This document shows positions 30,771 to 45,311 of a stretch of DNA of 64,000 nt, piece after piece; position 1 is the stretch's first letter, and every line of letters starts with the position of its first letter. The translations under genes and the position numbers were made by a program. Source of the DNA: Octopus vulgaris (lineage: Eukaryota); contig OX597842.1 in NCBI GenBank assembly GCA_951406725.2, forward strand, positions 21,080,001 through 21,144,000. Direction: 5' to 3'. Below the pieces are notes generated by a model. It ran no database searches. It had not been told where the DNA came from and was given only the letters and a program-made list of their open reading frames with translations.

Positions 30771-33700
30771 AGGGTTACATTCTCTCTATAGATTAGTATA
30801 AAGGAGCTAATTTTGAATTCCCATATACAAAGTAAACAATCAGGTGGGTTTGGTTGTATTTAACAGGAAAAAAACTAACCAAATAAGGGAGTATGGAATT
30901 TTAAATATTGGGGACTAAAATTAATATCAAACTGTCCATAATCAATACAGCTTAGATATTAGTATGAAAGAAATCATCATCATTTACTGTCCGTTTTCCA
31001 TGCTAGCATGGGTTGGATGGTTCGACTGGGCTATGGGAAGCCAGGAGGCTGCACCAGGCTCCAGTCTGATCTGGCAGTGTTTCTACAGCTGGATGCCCTT
31101 CCTAACGCCAACCACTCCGTGAGTGAAGTGGGTGTTTCTTAGTGCTACTGGCACAGGGGCTGCATGAGGCTGGAAAACAGACCCGATTTGTTGATGCTTT
31201 TATGTGTCACCGACATGGATGGCGCTGGCATCTTCCATGTTCGGGTGGAAGGAGACTGGAATAGGGTAGCCATTGACATCATGAACTATTGGGAAAATGT
31301 ATACCCCTCAATGGTCGACTGTGGTCCAGAGCAGATGGCTATATGGAGAGAGATCAGGACGGAGAGTGCTGCCAAAATTGCCAGAAGACAATGGAGGTAG
31401 TCTTCTGGTACAACATACCGTCCAGGTTAGGGCAAACCGAAGAGTCTGCCTCGAAAAGAGTCATATTCTAGTGAAAAGGGAGACATCTCAGCATGGTGTC
31501 TAAAGTTCGAAGATGAGGTGTGGGTGAAGACCCTGAATGCTTGTGTAGGGCACTGGCCATAAATTTATAACAGACGGACTATAGACAAGAACCTCACAGC
31601 AGGCTACTTAGTGAGTTGCTCTGCAGAGAAGGGACTTCCGATCTTTTCCGTTTGACCGGCAGTTTTTTCTAGCGGTGTCATATGAAATTGTCAGCCATAA
31701 TTATTGCATTTCAATCTCTTTTAGGGTTAGGGGTGGGGGGAAGGGTATCTTTTTCTTCCGAAATGTAAATAAACCCAATCTGTTTCTTAAATGAGGGACA
31801 TATTCATACGGCACAGAATGTTTTCACCTTAGTAGACGTCATTGATTGGTTGAAATTGAAGAAAAAAAACAACAAATATCTTACAAACTATAGAATTTTC
31901 TCAATAAAGCCAAGAGAAAAAGATGTTTTATAAACACATTCTACCAGTATACGAAGTTTAAAAGTGTTTAGTTACGTGGAAATTAATTTAGAAAACTGCC
32001 GGTCAAACCGAAAAGATACTAGAATATACAAATATACAAATATACAGGTGAGAATTTAAAAAAAACTTGAAGATGGAGTTATTGACAGAAAGGGACAAAG
32101 TTAAAAAGACACCGTAACGAATCCAACGAGCCAGTAGCGCTCTTAGGGAGGTTAATTAGCGATCACCGAGTCGCTGTTTATTTGTGAATACGGTAAGTTG
32201 ACACAGATTTACTTTAAAGCTGTAATAGTGTTGATAATACTACTAATAATAAGGTAAATAATAGAATTCTGTGAACCTCTCGATGTTACAGTAATTATTT
32301 TTCCAAGCGGGAACCTGTCGATAATTAGGAAAATATATTTGTTCGTCTTAATTAATAATTTCCAAACTGAAATGTTGATCTGTTGTTTATAAAATACTAT
32401 GACCGACTGATACATGTGATATAAAGTAAATTAGTTGGTAAAAATGAATGTAATGTGGCATAATTAATTAGTAAAATGAGAAAAATCCGAATGAAGAATT
32501 CCACATTAATTAATTCTGTCCCGTTGTTAATTAGGCATTGATAAAACGGTAAGTTGATGAAGATTTGCTTTAAGGTTATATTAATAATCGTAATGGTGGT
32601 TTAAAATTTCGGCCCAGGGCGAGCGGGAGTCGATGACACGGACCCCAGAATTTCCTGAAAGGATGAACGGCAAAGTCAACCTCGGCTGTATTTGAACCCA
32701 AGACTTACTGTCGAGATCGACCCTGGGATCTTTTCGGTTTGAACGGCAGTTTTTAAAAACATTTTCCACGTAACTAAACAGTTTTAAACTTCGTATACTG
32801 GTAGAATGTATTTATAAAACATCTTTTTCTGTTGGCTTTCTTAAGAAAATTCTATAGTTTGTAAGATATTTGTTGTTTTTTTCTTCAATTTCAACCAATC
32901 AATGACGGCTATTGAGGTGAAAACATTCTTTGCTGTATGAATATGTCCCTCGTTTAAGAAACAGATTGGGTTTATTTACATTTCTGAAGAAAAGAAGATA
33001 CCCTTCCCCCCACCCTAAAACAGATTGAAATGCAATAGATCGATACTAGGGTCATAATTATGGCTGGACACTAAAAAGGGAACGGTTTTGTTATCCAGCT
33101 CTGATTACGAGTGATCCCTCAGTTTATGGCCACAGGGTATCTTTTTTCTCATAAAAATCAGGGACATTTTCATATGACGCCGCCAGTATATGTTACAGCA
33201 GAAATCGTTTTCACCTCAATAGACATCTTTGATTGGTTGAAATTGCCGAATTGCAAGAAATTAAACAACAAATATGTTACAAAGTACAGAATTTTCTCAA
33301 GAAAGCCAAGAGAAAGAGATGTTTTATAATCACATTCTACCAGTATACGAAGTTTAAAATTTTTTAGTTACATAGAAATTATTTTAAAAATCTGCCGGTC
33401 AAAGCGAAAAGATCCTAATGATGTGTAGGGCACTGACCATGGGCTCATCGTAGACAGCATGAAGACAGGGACCTTCACTGCTGGCTAGCTAGCGAGCTGG
33501 TCCAGAAAAGGGAATTCCGATTGGGCAACATGAAGTCTTAAATCAAACATTTTTCTGAAAGGTAAAAGTGAAGTGTGTAGTAAACTTGTGTGGGTATACC
33601 AATGTTTCAATGCCTCAATGAACTCTGACCCCTGTAAACATTGACATTAAATGGCTGACAGTGTTCATGTTGTAATATTTACAATGTTGAATTACTATGT

Positions 33701-34012
33701 CACTTAACTATCCTCTTTATCTTACTGCTTCTTTTTATATAATTTAGAATATCACATCATGATGACATGAAAGAAATTGCTTTGTTCAGATGTGCCTTAG
33801 ATATTTTTATCAACTAAAGGAAGATGATATATTTATAAGGAGCATTCATCTATACATCAACGTTTCTATATAAATATAATCTATGACAAACAACAGCAGA
33901 ATATTTTTCTTGTCTGGAATGTAGAGGAGGTGATTGCTTTACAAGTTTGGATAACTTTACAAATGAGTTGACAGTTTTCACCTGTTGATTTAGGTATTAA
34001 GTAAGATCACAT

Positions 34013-35406
<1,394 letters not shown>

Positions 35407-35919
35407 TGAGTATTCACACAAAAGTGCAACCATTCAGTATTAATCTTTATTACAACAATTATGGCTATTTTTTTCTGCTGAAAGACAGGGCTATTTTTAT
35501 CTCTTCAGATATGGTGTTATCGACTTCAATTTCAATAATGTCAGCATCAAATTCATAAATGTCATGTATATATATGGAAGTATATCAACAATGCCTTTGA
35601 TTTCTGAAGATGATTGCTCTGGATTTTTGAGCAATTTGTTTTGAGAGAATAAAGAAATGGGAATAATGAATAAAAGGTTACACTGAAGTTGATTTTGTCT
35701 ATGTGTTTTCATCATTATGGCTGTTATCATCATCATCCTTTAGTGAAATTTGTTTTCTTTACTGGCATGGGTGGCACAGTGTGACATGAGCTGGCAAACC
35801 ATGATGCTGCACTAGGTTCCAGTCTGATTTGTTTGGGTTTCTTTGGATGTATTCTCCTAATAGAGTTTATGCTGTGTACTTCAAATATATGTGTGCCTAT
35901 GCACTCACACACACATGTG

Positions 35920-35978
<59 letters not shown>

Positions 35979-37376
35979 CATCATCATCCAATGAAAAAAA
36001 TATATATTTACAATGATACCGAGGGGAAGGGGTTCCGCCACACTTTTTCCAAGCAAAAATAAGGAGTTTGCAGCACATTGCGATGTCAGGGTACTTGATT
36101 CCATGAAAAAAATCTGAGTTTTTTTGTTTGTCTTTATGAAAATATCAAAATTTACCCAAAATCCTTCTGGACTCCAAATTCTCCGAAAAAAATTGTGACA
36201 ACAAATTCGTATGTAATCATAATCTATACCATCTAAAAAAGTATTATCATCATAATCTACCACATCAGTCATGGAAAATTTTGAATTTCCATTAATCTAC
36301 CAAATCATCATCATCATTTAACGTCCGCTTTCCATGCTAGCATGGGTTGGACGATTTGTCTGAGGTCTGGCAAACCAGACTCCAATCTGATCTGGCAGAG
36401 TTTTTACAGCTGGATGCCCTTCCTAACGCCAACCAGCTGTAGAAACTCTGCCAGATCAGATTGGAGTCTGGTTCGCCAGACCTCAGTCAAATATATATAT
36501 ATATATATGTACAAATGATGAGAAGACAAAGAAAACTGTTTAACACATCGTGACAGGGCAGTAAAAGCAGTTCCTCTGGTACTAAAATTCGTGTGATGGG
36601 TGAAAAGTTATTTGACCATTGGCGACGGAAAATGGGAGAAACTATTAAATAGATAACTTGACACTTGCTCAGGAATTAAACAATGAAGATATTTATGTTT
36701 GTGGTGGCGAAGTTATGTGATCTGCAGTAGAGTAGACTAAATCGCCTCCCACCAAGCAGACCAACTTCGTGGCCTTAGAGTGTGTAGGCAAGGGAAGAGA
36801 GATGCAAAAACAAAAAAAAAATGAGAATTATATATATATATAAGGCTGAAGTTGTCTGTGTATGGCAGGTTTGGTAACCTTCAAATAACACTATCTCCTC
36901 CAAGACCCTGCAGCGCAAGTTGACCAAACTTGAGAGTATGATAGAAGAAGGCTTGCTCTTCCTTCCTTAGAAGAAAAAATTCAAATCGGACCATGTTAAC
37001 ACCAAAAATTATTTACATCACAAAGGTGCTTTTTCTCTATGAAAATCCCTATTTTTTACGATTTTTTGACTGCTGTGTCGTCATTTTTCGGTGTATTTCA
37101 ACCAGAAAAATGTTCAATTAAAGAGGATAACAAGCTACATAATGCAAACTTTTTACTTTTCAAAAATTCCAATTCTAAAGGGTCGAAAAGAAAACAAGCC
37201 CGAGCAACGCTGGGCTATACTGCTAGTATATATATAAAGGGCAATGTGTAAAGACTCCCTTCAGTCATTAATGACCATGGTATTGCATCTAGGAAGTTCA
37301 CCTCAAAGGCACAACTCCAGGCAAGGTTCTTTTCACGGAAGACCAGCTGTTGCCCATGCACACCAGTCTCCCCTCT

Positions 37377-37947
37377 CATCATCATCATCATTGTTCGACC
37401 GTGGTCGAGACAATGGAATTTACCATGTTACGCCAGACTTCACGGTCCATCATGGCATTACGGAGGTCCTGTTGCTGGATGCCTGTATCCCTGGAGATTA
37501 CATCAGGGTAGGAGAGTGTGCGCCCTCTGGTATTGTGAGTAGATGTCTTCCAGAGGAGAAGGGTAGAAATTGCCTCGTTTTCTGCTCTACAACAATGTCC
37601 AGCAAACTGGACTCTCCTACCTTTCACGAGAAATGACACAGGTGGTAGTTTCCTATATATTTGCATTTTGGTTGGATGGTGCCTCCACGAGAGATTTTGA
37701 GCTCTCATAAGGAGGCGAGTGTAGGTTCCATCCAACCGCCTCTCAAGCTGCTTTGATAACGTCCAGGTTTCTGAGCCATATAGTAGAATTGGTTCGACTG
37801 TGACTTTGAAGATTTCAAGTTTGAAGTCTCTACTTAGATTTGATGACCAGATCTTATGCATGTCATTACAGGCTGACCAGGCCATACCCTTTCTAGTTAG
37901 AAAGTCTTTCCCAGATGATGATATGTATGACCCAAGGTATTTGTAAT
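37377..37947 (-). mobile_element. Duplicated RTE-like LINE fragment
   Basis: Copy of 29391-29961 with the same TSD (37364-76 and 37948-60). Confidence 0.88.
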
Positions 37948-39680
37948 CAGTCTCCCCTCTACAGGCCACCAATGTCATCCAAGTGAAGGCCAAAAGCCAA
38001 TACAGCTTGGCACCAGTGATGTTGCTCATTTCTAGAGGTGAGTGAACTGGACCATCATGAAATAAAGTGTCTTGCTCCAGAACACAACACAGAGCCTGGT
38101 CCAGGAATCAAAATCACTACATGATTGTGAACCCAGCATTCTAACCACTGAGCTATGTGCATCTCTCTCTCCCTCTTTCTCTGTGTGTATACATACATAC
38201 ATATATATATGAATGCATATACAGGAGGCAGTTGACAAAGCCAGCTTCTATATATGGCTGAAATGAGAAGACCCAGAATAGATTTTCCTATTTTTAATTC
38301 CAATATTTATAGATTGTACTTAACATTAAGGTTTTTAATATAAATTACTTAATGAGTATAAGACTTTATTTAGATGTATATTAAATAAATAAATAAATTA
38401 ATTAATAATTTCGCCGCAGGAGTGGCTGTGTGGTAAGTAGCTTGTTAACTAAACACATGGTTCCGGGTTAAGGCCCACTGCGTGGCACCTTTGGCAGGTG
38501 TCTTCTGCTATAGCCTCGGGCCGACCAAAGCCTTGTGAGTGGATTTGGTAGACGGAAACTGAAAGAAGCCCGTCGTATATGTGTATATATATGCGTGTTT
38601 GTGTTTGTTCCCCTAACATTGTTTGACAACTGGCAAAAGAGACTGATAGGATAAGTACTAGGCTTACAAAGAATAAGTCCTGGGGTCGATTTTCTTGACT
38701 AAAAGGCGGTGCTCCAGCATGGCCGCAGTCAAATGACTGAAACAAGTAAAATAGAAAGAGAAAGAGTTACATTCTCTCTATAGATTAGTATAAAGGAGCT
38801 AATTTTGAATTCCCATATACAAAGTAAACAATCAGGTGGGGTTGGTTGTATTTAACAGGAAAAAAGTAACCAAATAAGGGAGTATGGAATTTTAAATATT
38901 GGGGACTAAAATTAATATCAAACCATCCATAATCAATACAGCTTAGATATTAGTATGAAAGAAATCATCATCATCATTTACTGTCCGTTTTCCATGCTAG
39001 CATGTGTTGGATGGTTCGACTGGGCTATGGGAAGCCAGGAGGCTGCACCAGGCTCCAGTCTGATCTGGCAGTGTTGCTACAGCTGGATGCCTTTCCTAAC
39101 GCCAACCACTCCGTGAGTGAAGTGGGTGTTTTTTAGTGCTACCGGCACAGGGGCTGCATGAGGCTGGAAACAGCCCCGATTTGTTGATGCTTTTATGTGT
39201 CACCGACATGGATGGCGCTGGCATCTTCCATGTTCGGGTGGAAGGAGACTGGAATAGGGTAGCCATTGACATCATGAACTATTGGGAAAATGTATACCCC
39301 TCAATGGTCGACTGTGGTCCAGAGCAGATGGCTATATGGAGAGAGATCAGGACGGAGAGTGCTGCCAAAATTGCCAGAAGACAATGGAGGTAGTCTTCTG
39401 GTACAACATACCGTCCAGGTTAGGGCAAACCGAAGAGTCTGCCTCGAAAAGAGCCATATTCTAGTGAAAAGGGAGACATCTCAGCATGGTGTCTGTACAG
39501 TTCGAAGACGAGGTGTGGGTGAAGACCCTGAATGCTTGTGTAGGGCATTGGCCAGAAATTTATAACAGACGGACTATAGACAGGAACCTCACAGCAGGCT
39601 ACTTAGTGAGTTGCTTTGCAGAGAAGGGACTTCCGATCTTTTCCGTTTGACCGGCAGTTTTTTCTCGCGGTGTCATATGA

Positions 39681-39936
39681 AAAAAAACTTGAAGATGGAG
39701 TTATTGACAGAAAGGGACAAAGTTGAAAAAACACCGGAACGAATCCTACAAGTCAGTAGCGCTCTCTATTGGAGAATTGAGGAAATACAATCGTATCAAG
39801 GGACACAACTTCTAAAAGACATCAACCACGCGGCCAAAGGGAAGTTAATTAGGGAGGCTAATTAACGATCACTGAGTCGCTGTTTATTTGTGAATACGGT
39901 AAGTTGACAAAGATTTACTTTAAGGCTGTAATAGTG
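39681..39936 (+). pseudogene. Orphan 5' stub of a fifth ZNF unit
   Basis: Matches 16105-16371 including gaatacg|gtaagt (donor at 39899). Homology ends at ctgtaatagtg and no finger exon follows. Confidence 0.7.
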
Positions 39937-39986
39937 GGTACTTGTATCACAGAGTGGTCCCGGTTGCGCACACGCGGATTCGCGCT

Positions 39987-41615
39987 AGCCAGACGTAGGT
40001 ACTCGATACTCGAGATCCTACGAGGTGACTTGCGCATGCGCTGTGCGCGATTCGCGCATGCGCGTTACACCCCCACCCCCCTATATAATTTGTGAACTTA
40101 ATGAGTTAATTTCTTCACACAAATGTATATAATTTTTGGGATAAAATTACAGAGTAACACCTCCACGATTTTCACTAAAAAAAAAACACAAAAAAAACCC
40201 CGGATTTTTTAGATACCTTTCTGCTTTTTAAGACAATAAAGTGTTATTGGAGGGAAATCTGGCTGCTATTTCTAGCTGCCTGAATGACAACATAGCGATT
40301 TACAGATAAATGAATTAATTACTATTTTACAGAATAAAATTAATGAATTAATTATATAAATTAAATAATTCTTGAAAATGAATTAATATTAATAATATTT
40401 TTTGAACAAAGTAAATAATTTATAAAACTTAAATAATAATTTTTTTTACACGAACGCGAACGTATATAAATTGTGAAATTTTTTTTTTTTTTTACAGACG
40501 TATATAATTTGGTAAACTCAATGAATTAATTTCTTCATGTCATCATCATCCGTTCTCCATGCTAGCATGGGTTGGACGGTTCGACCGGGGATCTGGGAAG
40601 CCAGAAGGCTGCACCAGGCTCCAGTCTTATCTGGCAATGTTTCTACAGCTGGATGCCCTTCCTAACGCCAACCACTCCGAGAGTGTAGTGGGTGCTTTTT
40701 ACATGCCACCCGCACAGGTGCCAGGCGAGGCTGGCATCGGCCACGATTCGGATAGTGCTTTTTACGTACCACCAGTCCAGGGGTCCTGGCATCTGCCGGG
40801 TGCCAGTCATAGGATTGGTTCAATTTCGATTTCACTTGCCCCAACATGTCTTCGCAAGCAAAGGGGGTTGGCATGGGTGCCTGTCGTCGGATGAGGTTCG
40901 ATATCGACTTCGCTTGCCTCAACAGGTCTTTGTGTATAAATGTATAAATTTTTCGCAGTAAATTCTTTCCGTAGAATTTATCAAAAAACGCGCAAAATTA
41001 TTCCGTAGAATTTATCAAATTAAAAAACGCAAAATTAATTTATTTTTTGAAATTGCAAATTATTTAGAATATAAAACAAATGAAGTTAAATTTTAAAAAT
41101 AAATGTCATATACTTATACTCTGTTAGGTGCTGTGTTCACACTTCAATTTACTATTTTCTAGAAATGTTGCTTTTCTAATTGAAACCATTTATTATTTAA
41201 GTTTTATAAATGATTTACTTTGTTCAAAAAATATTAATAATATTAATTCATTTTCAAGAATTATTTAATTTATATAATTAATTCATTAATTTTATTCTGT
41301 AAAATAGTAATTAATTCATTTATCTGTAAATCGCTATGTTGTCATTCAGGCAGCTAGAAATAGCAGCCAGATTTCCCTCCAATAACACTTTATTGTCTTA
41401 AAAAGCAGAAAGGTATCTAAAAAATCCGGGGTTTTTTGGGGTTTTTTTTTTAGTGAAAATCGTGCGGGTGTTACTCTGTAATTTTACCCCCAAAATTATA
41501 TACATTTGTGTGAAGAAATTAATTCATTAAGTTTCACAAACTATATGGGGGGTGAGGGGTGGGCATGCGCAAGTCACCTCGTAGGATCTCGAGTATCGAG
41601 TACCTACGTCTGGCT
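39987..41615. mobile_element. Foldback/non-autonomous DNA element with about 450-bp TIRs and an internal SINE
   Basis: 39987-40439 is the reverse complement of 41190-41615 (agccagacgtaggtactcgatactcgagatcctacgagg...). A SINE lies at 40540-40930. Confidence 0.9.
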
Positions 41616-41901
41616 TAGCAATATTTAATACTTTCACTGTCATGTAATTTCTTTATTATGATTATATAATCGTTACATAGAAGGACAAATACAGGACATA
41701 CATGTAAAAAACAGTTAAGAGGTTCGATTAAAAATTTTCCATGACATTTGGATTATTCATTATAAAAATTCGTCTGTAAATTGTCCTTTACATGACCAAT
41801 AGAATATTATAACATTACATAAACTTTCGATCTTACCGAAGTTATAAACCCCGGCACTTTATAAGGCCCCGCAGCTTTTGTTTCCTCTCCTCCCTCCATA
41901 G

Positions 41902-44900
41902 TTAAGCTGGGTTTCTGACGCCCACCTTTTTTTCCACTTCCTTCCATCTTTTCTCATACACACCCCGTGGTAAGATCCTCTTTTCCAGCCCCATTTTGCT
42001 CTTCAGATGATATCTGAAGTAAGTGAGCAAGCCGGGGCCCGAGACAAAGGATCCTATCGCGACTCCTTCCATTCTTGTTCGCCACATGCATTCTTTTACT
42101 ACTGCAACCGTGCAGTGAAAACATGCCTCACCCTCCTTCGAGAGTCCAGTTGGCGGTATCATCTTAATCATAGACTCAGCCGACAGCTGTACTCGTCCCA
42201 GATGCGATAACACGTGTTCTGCGTAACTTATCAAGTCGGACAACTTCCGACAGTGTACAAAAGCGTGCTGGACGGTTTCATCGTCCAACTCGCACCTTGG
42301 ACACGTCGGTGGCACTGAAATTCCGTGCCGCGATAACTTCTCGCGAACAGGTAAAGCATTCCTATAGCACTGCCAGGCCAGGGATCTTTGGAAATTATCC
42401 AAGTACCCCGTCCCGAAAGTCTTTTTAAACAGGTTGATAAGCTGGTCTTCGTCAAACCCCAGAGCCCCTCCTAGGACGTCGTCGTTCTTTGCCTCTACCA
42501 GCCTTCTATAAAATACCGAGGTGGTATTTCCGCAGCCGGCCTTGCCCGCCTTGTGGATCAGCGTGAGTGCCTGTCGGCACTCCTTTTGCCATGAAGTCAG
42601 TTTCCATCTTTTGATGAGACCGGGTTTAAAATTCACTAAGGAGGCCGGTCTCGGGAAAAATCCCCCTGCCAGCGGACTCCACACCTTATCACCCTCCAGG
42701 TGGTGCCAGAGATGCTTCAGCCTCAACGCATGTCTGCGCATCATCAACCAAGGCATTCCTAACCCACCCTTTAACGGTTCCTGGCAGCAAACGGAGCGCC
42801 TCACAAGTGGCTTTCCTCCCTTCCACAAAAAGCGGAAAAGGATTCGCTCCAACTTGCTAAGCCATGAATCGGGGCAAGGGACAACGGTCAGGCGGTAAGT
42901 GATTACAGATGCAATGAACATCTGCACCACCTCCGCCCTTCCTTTCAAGGACAGAAACCTTCGGGACCAGGTCCGTACTATGGCCTCCACCTTGCTCGTC
43001 ACCTCACTCCAGTTCCTCTCCGTTTGGGAGTCTGGCCCAAACCAAACTCCTAGCAACTTAACAGGGCCATCCGTCCAGTGTCCCACGATACTGGACGATA
43101 TCGACTTGCTCCTCCAGGTGCCGAGGCGCAAGCCAACCGACTTGTCCTTGTTAACCTTTGCTCCTGCCACCGCCTCGTATCCTCTGATAGCCTCTTCCAC
43201 ACAAGGTAGCTGGGCCTCATTGGACACGATGAGGGTGACGTCATCCGCATAAGCAGTAACCGTCCTCCCACCTCCGATCTCATCCGAGTTACTTCCCAGC
43301 CTCTCCAACTTTCGCAGCAATGGCTCAAGAGCCAACACGTACAAAAGTGGTGACAAGGGGCACCCTTGACGAACTGAACATTCGATCGAAAACGGTTCCG
43401 TTAGGTAACCGTTTATCTGGACGGTGGACTTGATGCCGCTATACATAGCGGAGATCCACCCGCGAAATTCAGGGCCCAGTCCAGCCGCTTCGAGGACTGT
43501 CGCCAGGTACTCATGGTCTACTCTATCGAACGCTTTACTTTGGTCTAAATGGACCATTACCCCGCCCTTGCCGGTTAATTTACCCACCCTATCTAAGGTG
43601 TAGCGTATAAGGTGAAGGTTGTCCTGGATTGACCTGCCTGGAATTGCACATGTCTGTGCTCTCCCTACAAGTTTCTCCACGACAACCGTCAACCTTTTTG
43701 CCAACACCTTGGCCAGAATCTTTAACTCTACATTAAGTAGAGTTATGGGCCTGTAGTTACTAATGTTATCCCCCTTGCTCGGGTCTTTCTGGATTAGCGT
43801 CACCACTCCCCGGCTTACAGAACTGGGAATTCTCCCATTCTGCTGCCAGTTCGTGTAGACGCCTGCCAATATTCCCCCGAACAAGTCCGGCATACTTTGG
43901 TAAAACTCGTAGGGCAGACCATCCAACCCCGGCGACTTCTCCCCGGCGCATCCGGCCAGTATCCCCTCTATCTCCGCGGGAGTGATCGCTTCTTCACAGC
44001 ACTCCACCTCACGCCCCGAGAGCCGCGGTCCGCCGGCCAGGAAGTCCTTTAAGGTCCTCCCCGCTCCGGCGCCACACCACTCCCGAACACGCGGGCGAAA
44101 TGCTGGTGAAGAAACTTTTGCATCTCCTCCTGTCCATAGATCTTTTGTCCCTGTTCGTCAGTTAAAGACTTGATTGAGGCTTTGTTACCTCTCTGACTCT
44201 CCACTCGACGGGCCCATCCGGCTAATACCTTCTCGTTTCCCAGCGCGTAGCTTAGCTCTGACTCTGCAACCTTCGTGTTTGGAGTTAAGGTGACGGTACA
44301 ATACCGTCCTTACCGCCATCACTCCGGATGCAGAGCCAGCTTCCATTGCCTCGTTTAGATTCTTAACTAAATCGTCCTCTATCCTAGACCTATCTATCCT
44401 TAGCTGATTGCTAAATCTAATGGACTCTGAACGAATGGCTCTTTTGAGGGAGTGCCACCATCTATTGTTAATGATGGTGCCACACAATGCCCTCTGTACT
44501 AATACCTTAATCCGGGTACGGAAGTCTTCACAATTCAAAATAGCCTTGTTCAGCTTCCAGTACCCGGGTCCCTGTCTATGACACTTGTCTAATTGCATCC
44601 TACACGTCACAAATTTGTGATCCGTGTAAGGCACAATGTGAAATTGTGGACAACTAAACGTATCCTTATCTCTTTTCTTAATAAATATCCTATCTAGATA
44701 CGATCTGTGTGAGCCGTCGTTGTTACTCCACGTCCACTGTGGAACGCTCGGCTCATCCAGTCGGTAACGGTCCACTAGATCAAAGCTCTCTAGTAGACCC
44801 TTGAGGCTAGGGTTCCCCTTCCTATTGGTTGAGCCAACACTGTCGACCCGCGCTTCAAGGACAGTGTTAAAGTCCCCTACTAGGATTACCGTTTTCGACG

Positions 44901-45285
44901 TCGCTAAAAAGGGCTCCAGGTTCCGAAAAAAACCCTTCTGTCTACCCTCATTCGGGGCGTAGACAGCTACCAACCTGAAGGACTGTTTACTTACGTGAGT
45001 CACATCCAGAACAACCAGCCTGCCTTCTGGGTCCAGAAAGACAGTACTTACCTGCAAGTCCAAGCTCTTCCTGATAAGGACTGCCACGCCTCTGCCTCTT
45101 CCTCGGCTAGGAGAAATAAATTTCTCGAACCCATTTAGAAGAGGCGAGAACGCTTGGGCCTCGCTCATCTTGGACTCGGTTGCAATAGCTATGTCTACTC
45201 CATGTGTCGTGAGGTCGTTCAGGAAACAAATTTGTTTCCGTTTCGACCCCATTCCACGTACATTCACACAACCCAGCTTAGCCAT
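41902..45285 (-). pseudogene. LINE ORF2 (AP endonuclease + reverse transcriptase + C-terminal Cys/His zf-RVT), two frameshifts
   Basis: Endonuclease motifs NVRG, GDFN, SYLDRIF, TDH. RT motifs SPGLDG, YRPITLLN, DQSKAFDRV, RQGCPLSP, YADD, then CPRC..H..C. Frameshifts at about 44225 and 44060. Confidence 0.92.
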
Positions 45286-45311
45286 TGTCGGTGAGAGAAA
45301 AATAAATGAAC

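Larger units (their letters stand above)
22429..32019 (+). repeat. Segmental duplicate of the gene 1 unit (4243-16058)
   Basis: Colinear, high-identity match of upstream, intron, 3' and downstream repeat content (e.g. ORF 4922 vs 22901; 15144 vs 31164). Confidence 0.9.
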
